DNA from: Candidatus Omnitrophota bacterium
GTDB lineage: Bacteria; Omnitrophota; Gorgyraeia; B26-G9
Length of the DNA: 64,000 nucleotides
Direction of reading: 5' to 3'
NCBI GenBank assembly: GCA_018817165.1
Contig: JAHITY010000015.1
Span: 36,354-100,353 of the forward strand
The notes beneath the pieces are model-generated. The model had not been told where the DNA came from. It searched no databases and worked only from the letters and a program-made list of their open reading frames with translations. A program made the translations under genes and the position numbers. Positions within the stretch are counted from its first letter, which is position 1. Each line of letters opens with the position of its first letter. Positions 61,042-64,000 of this stretch are shown piece after piece.

Positions 61042-62757
61042 TTATTCTTGAACAATCTGCATAATTCTGTTACTTGCCTGATCAATCGAAACTTCTTCTC
61101 TCTGACCACTTCTCCGGACTTTTAACTCAATAATATTGTTAGCGATATTCTTTGGTCCAATAATAACCTGCAAGGGGATTCCGATAAGATCCGCGTCTTT
61201 AAATTTTATCCCGGCTCTTATATCCCGGTCATCAAAAATAACCTCAATATTTTGTTCGATCAATTTATTATAAATAGATTCCGCGATTTTCATGCTCAGC
61301 TCATCCGCGGTATTAAGCGGCATTAGAATTACTTGAAAAGGAGTTAATTCTTTAGACCAGACAATCCCATTTTCATCAAAATTCTGTTCTATAAAAGCCG
61401 CAATTATTCTAGTTACTCCAATTCCATAACAGCCCATAATAATCGGATGGGCTTTACCTTGTTCATCAAGAAAAGTAGCTCCCAAGCTTTCAGTATATTT
61501 TGTTCCTAATTTAAAAACATGTCCCACTTCAATTGCCTGATTAATTTTAATATCAGCACCACAACGCGGACATTTATCTTTAGCTGTAATGCTCCGGATA
61601 TCAGCGAATTTTTTAATTTTAACATCACGGGCAATATCAACATATCGCGTATGAGTATCGGCTTTATTTGATCCAACAACTACATTACTCGCTTCTTCAA
61701 CCGCATAATCCGCATAAATTTCAATATCGCTTAATTCGATTGGACCGCTAAATCCAATAGGCCCCTTAGTTACCTTTTCAATAATCGCAGAATTTGCCAT
61801 CTCTAAATTAACGGCTTTTAAAACTTTTGATAATTTTGTCTCGTTTATCTCGTGATCCCCTCGAACTAAAACAGCCACTGGTTTGCCATCCGCCAAATAA
61901 ATTATTGTTTTCACTAATTGCTCTACAGGGATCTTTAAAAACTCTGCCACTTGATCAACGGAACTAACTCCTGGAGTGCTTACCTCCTCCGGTACTTCTT
62001 GGCTTGTGGCTTGTGGCTTGTGGCTTGTGGCTTGTGGCGGCAGACACTCTGCCTTATCTAAACTAGCAGCATATGCGCATTTCTCACATTGCACAATTTT
62101 ATCTTCACCGCTTTCAGCCAAGACCATAAACTCATGAGATGCGTCCCCTCCCATTATTCCAGTGTCGGCTTCAACCGGAAGAAACTTCATACCGCAACGT
62201 TCAAAAATTCGGCAATAAGCATCATACATTTTGTCATAGCTCTTACCCAGACCTTCAATATCCCGGTCAAAACTATACGCATCTTTCATAATAAATTCCC
62301 GAGAGCGGATTATCCCAAAACGCGGACGGGCCTCATCGCGGAATTTTGTCTGAATCTGATACAGGATTATCGGCATTTGGCGATAAGAATTAATCTCATT
62401 TTTTACTAGAGAAGTAATTACTTCTTCATGCGTCGGGCCTAAAACATTAAGCTTTTTATGTCTATCGATAAATGTTATCATATCCTGCCCCAAAGCATCA
62501 AATCGTCCGCTTTTTTGCCATAATTCAGCTGGCTGGATTGCCGGTAACAATAATTGCTGCGCGCCTTTTTTGTTCATTTCCTGACGAATTATATTTTCAA
62601 CTTTAGACAAAACCCTTAAGCCAACCGGCAAATATGAATAAACTCCGGATGTAAGCTTACGAATAAGGCCTGCTCTGATCATCAGAATATGGCTTACAGC
62701 CTCTGCTTCTGAGGGAACTTCTTTAAGTGTAGGCAGCAAAAGCTCAGACCACTTCAT
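61042..62757 (-). CDS. proS: Proline--tRNA ligase (with INS editing domain)
   Basis: LGPTHEE, FRDEARPRFG..R.REF.MKDAYSF, EVGHVFKLG, MGCYGIG. Confidence 0.98.
   Translation of the reverse strand: MKWSELLLPTLKEVPSEAEAVSHILMIRAGLIRKLTSGVYSYLPVGLRVLSKVENIIRQEMNKKGAQQLLLPAIQPAELWQKSGRFDALGQDMITFIDRHKKLNVLGPTHEEVITSLVKNEINSYRQMPIILYQIQTKFRDEARPRFGIIRSREFIMKDAYSFDRDIEGLGKSYDKMYDAYCRIFERCGMKFLPVEADTGIMGGDASHEFMVLAESGEDKIVQCEKCAYAASLDKAECLPPQATSHKPQATSQEVPEEVSTPGVSSVDQVAEFLKIPVEQLVKTIIYLADGKPVAVLVRGDHEINETKLSKVLKAVNLEMANSAIIEKVTKGPIGFSGPIELSDIEIYADYAVEEASNVVVGSNKADTHTRYVDIARDVKIKKFADIRSITAKDKCPRCGADIKINQAIEVGHVFKLGTKYTESLGATFLDEQGKAHPIIMGCYGIGVTRIIAAFIEQNFDENGIVWSKELTPFQVILMPLNTADELSMKIAESIYNKLIEQNIEVIFDDRDIRAGIKFKDADLIGIPLQVIIGPKNIANNIIELKVRRSGQREEVSIDQASNRIMQIVQE
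62000..62038. repeat. Heptamer tandem repeat (TGGCTTG)x5.6 inside proS
   Basis: Counted directly; encodes PQATSHKPQATSQ. Confidence 0.95.
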
Positions 62758-63805
62758 TTTTAACCTCCGCGACCAATGTTTTTATCAATGAATTTTTATT
62801 AATATTTTTTATCTTTTTTCCTTTTTTAAATAATATACCGGAACTTCCGCCCCAAGCAATACCAATATCCGCTTCCTTAGCTTCTCCTGGACCATTAACT
62901 ACGCAGCCCATTAATGCCACTTTAATTTTTTTAGCTGTATATTTCTTTTGCAAAGGCTTAAATGCTTTTACCGCCTGCTCCACAAAATTAATCAAATCAA
63001 TTTTACAGCGGCCGCAAGTGGGACAAGAAATAATTTCTATTCCCTCAGAGCGTAAGCCTAAAGCGGATAATATATTTTTCCCGGCTTCAACTTCCCGAAC
63101 AGGATCAGCGGTTAAAGAAACTCTTAAAGTATCACCAATCCCTTCCAACAACAATATCCCGATCCCAATACTTGATTTAACCAAACCACTAGCTTCCAGC
63201 CCTGTCGCAGTAACACCTAAGTGAAGCGGAGCATCGGTTAATTTTGCGAATTTGCGATAAGCCTCAATGGTTGATAAAACATCATGCGTCTTAAACGAAA
63301 AAATCATGTCTTTAAAATTATATTTTTTAAATATCTTTTCATATGTAAGCGCTGCCGCGATCATATCATCAACAATATTTTTTCTCGTTCTTTTCACTGA
63401 ACCAGAATTTAAACCTATTCTAATCGGTACTTTATTTTTAATCGCCGCTTTCAAAACTGCTTCTATTTGCCAAGACTTTTCAATGTTTCCCGGGTTCAAT
63501 CTTATTTTATCTGCTCCATTTTCCATCGCCAATAGCGCCAAGCGATAATCAAAATGAATATCCGCCACAATTGGAATTTTTATCTTTTGCTTAATTTGGC
63601 GGATTGCCATTGCCGACTCTTTATCCAAAACCGCAACTCTGATAATCTGAACTCCTGCTTGCGCCAAAACTTTTATCTGGGCAACTGTAGCCGCAACATC
63701 TTTAGTATCAGTCGATGTCATTGATTGAATTGTAATTGGACTACTGCCGCCAATCGGAACATTCCCGACAAATATTTTTCTGCTTTTTCTGCGTTTTATT
63801 TTCAT
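62744..63805 (-). CDS. ispG: HMBPP synthase
   Basis: QSMT, VADIHF, RLNPGN, GIGDTLRVSL, CPTCGR, MGCVVNGPGE. Confidence 0.98.
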   Translation of the reverse strand: MKIKRRKSRKIFVGNVPIGGSSPITIQSMTSTDTKDVAATVAQIKVLAQAGVQIIRVAVLDKESAMAIRQIKQKIKIPIVADIHFDYRLALLAMENGADKIRLNPGNIEKSWQIEAVLKAAIKNKVPIRIGLNSGSVKRTRKNIVDDMIAAALTYEKIFKKYNFKDMIFSFKTHDVLSTIEAYRKFAKLTDAPLHLGVTATGLEASGLVKSSIGIGILLLEGIGDTLRVSLTADPVREVEAGKNILSALGLRSEGIEIISCPTCGRCKIDLINFVEQAVKAFKPLQKKYTAKKIKVALMGCVVNGPGEAKEADIGIAWGGSSGILFKKGKKIKNINKNSLIKTLVAEVKNEVV

Positions 63806-63823
63806 GGCAACCCCAAATTTTAA

Positions 63824-64000
63824 TTATTTAACAAAAAAACTGAATATCTTTTCAAATAAACCAATCCGATTTAAATCATTAAACAAAACCAAAACCATTA
63901 AAAGCATTAACATTGAGAATCCAATGCGTGTAGCAATTTCCTGCACTTTAAGACTAGCCTGTTTCCCTCTGATTTTTTCCCAAGCCAAAAACAAAAGATG
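63824..64000 (-). CDS. rseP: RIP metalloprotease RseP, C-terminal fragment
   Basis: HLLFLAWEKIRGK...GFSMLMLLMVLVLFNDL*; canonical rseP-ispG-proS order. Confidence 0.85.
   Translation of the reverse strand, partial: HLLFLAWEKIRGKQASLKVQEIATRIGFSMLMLLMVLVLFNDLNRIGLFEKIFSFFVK

Noticed and set aside
896-63548. Many short ORFs in the track nested in or antisense to long genes
   Set aside because: They overlap well-supported conserved CDSs and show no motifs; treated as shadows

Overview
AT-rich bacterial chromosome segment, almost entirely housekeeping and nearly all on the minus strand. It comes from a Gram-negative (LPS) organism. The LpxC-FabZ fusion, LpxI, split transketolase, zinc-ribbon SpoVG and PilM-PilN fusion fit a PVC/Omnitrophota-like lineage; this is inference only. 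Left to right: RND efflux operon (AcrB-like, MFP, N-terminally extended TolC); SGNH hydrolase; RNase P RNA overlapped by the RNase HI gene; zinc-ribbon protein; two tRNAs with duplicated promoters; rpoD-dnaG-nif3; a small accessory block (zf-TFIIB, metF, aroK, PilZ, HAD, HD-GYP); lptD-epimerase-ROK-accD-MFS-tRNA-Thr; lpxI-lpxA-lpxC/fabZ-lpxD-skp-bamA-dnaB; rplI-rpsR-ssb-rpsF-pth-rplY-prs-glmU-tRNA-Gln-spoVG-ispE-tkt; FtsH-like protease, TPR lipoprotein, an uncalled 31-aa bS22-like ORF and hisG; lpxL, gnnA-like, lpxB; a type IV pilus/T2SS operon; proS, ispG and partial rseP. No CRISPR array, integrase or transposase was seen. The most unusual signals are non-coding: two large multi-helix elements flanked by 7-8-nt periodic tracts (50544-50774 and 9820-9945), a hairpin mosaic between rpsR and rplI sharing a covarying motif with P12 of RNase P RNA, and a heptamer tract inside the ProRS reading frame. 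Several envelope-spanning proteins (TolC, AcrB tip loop, LptD) are also elongated.
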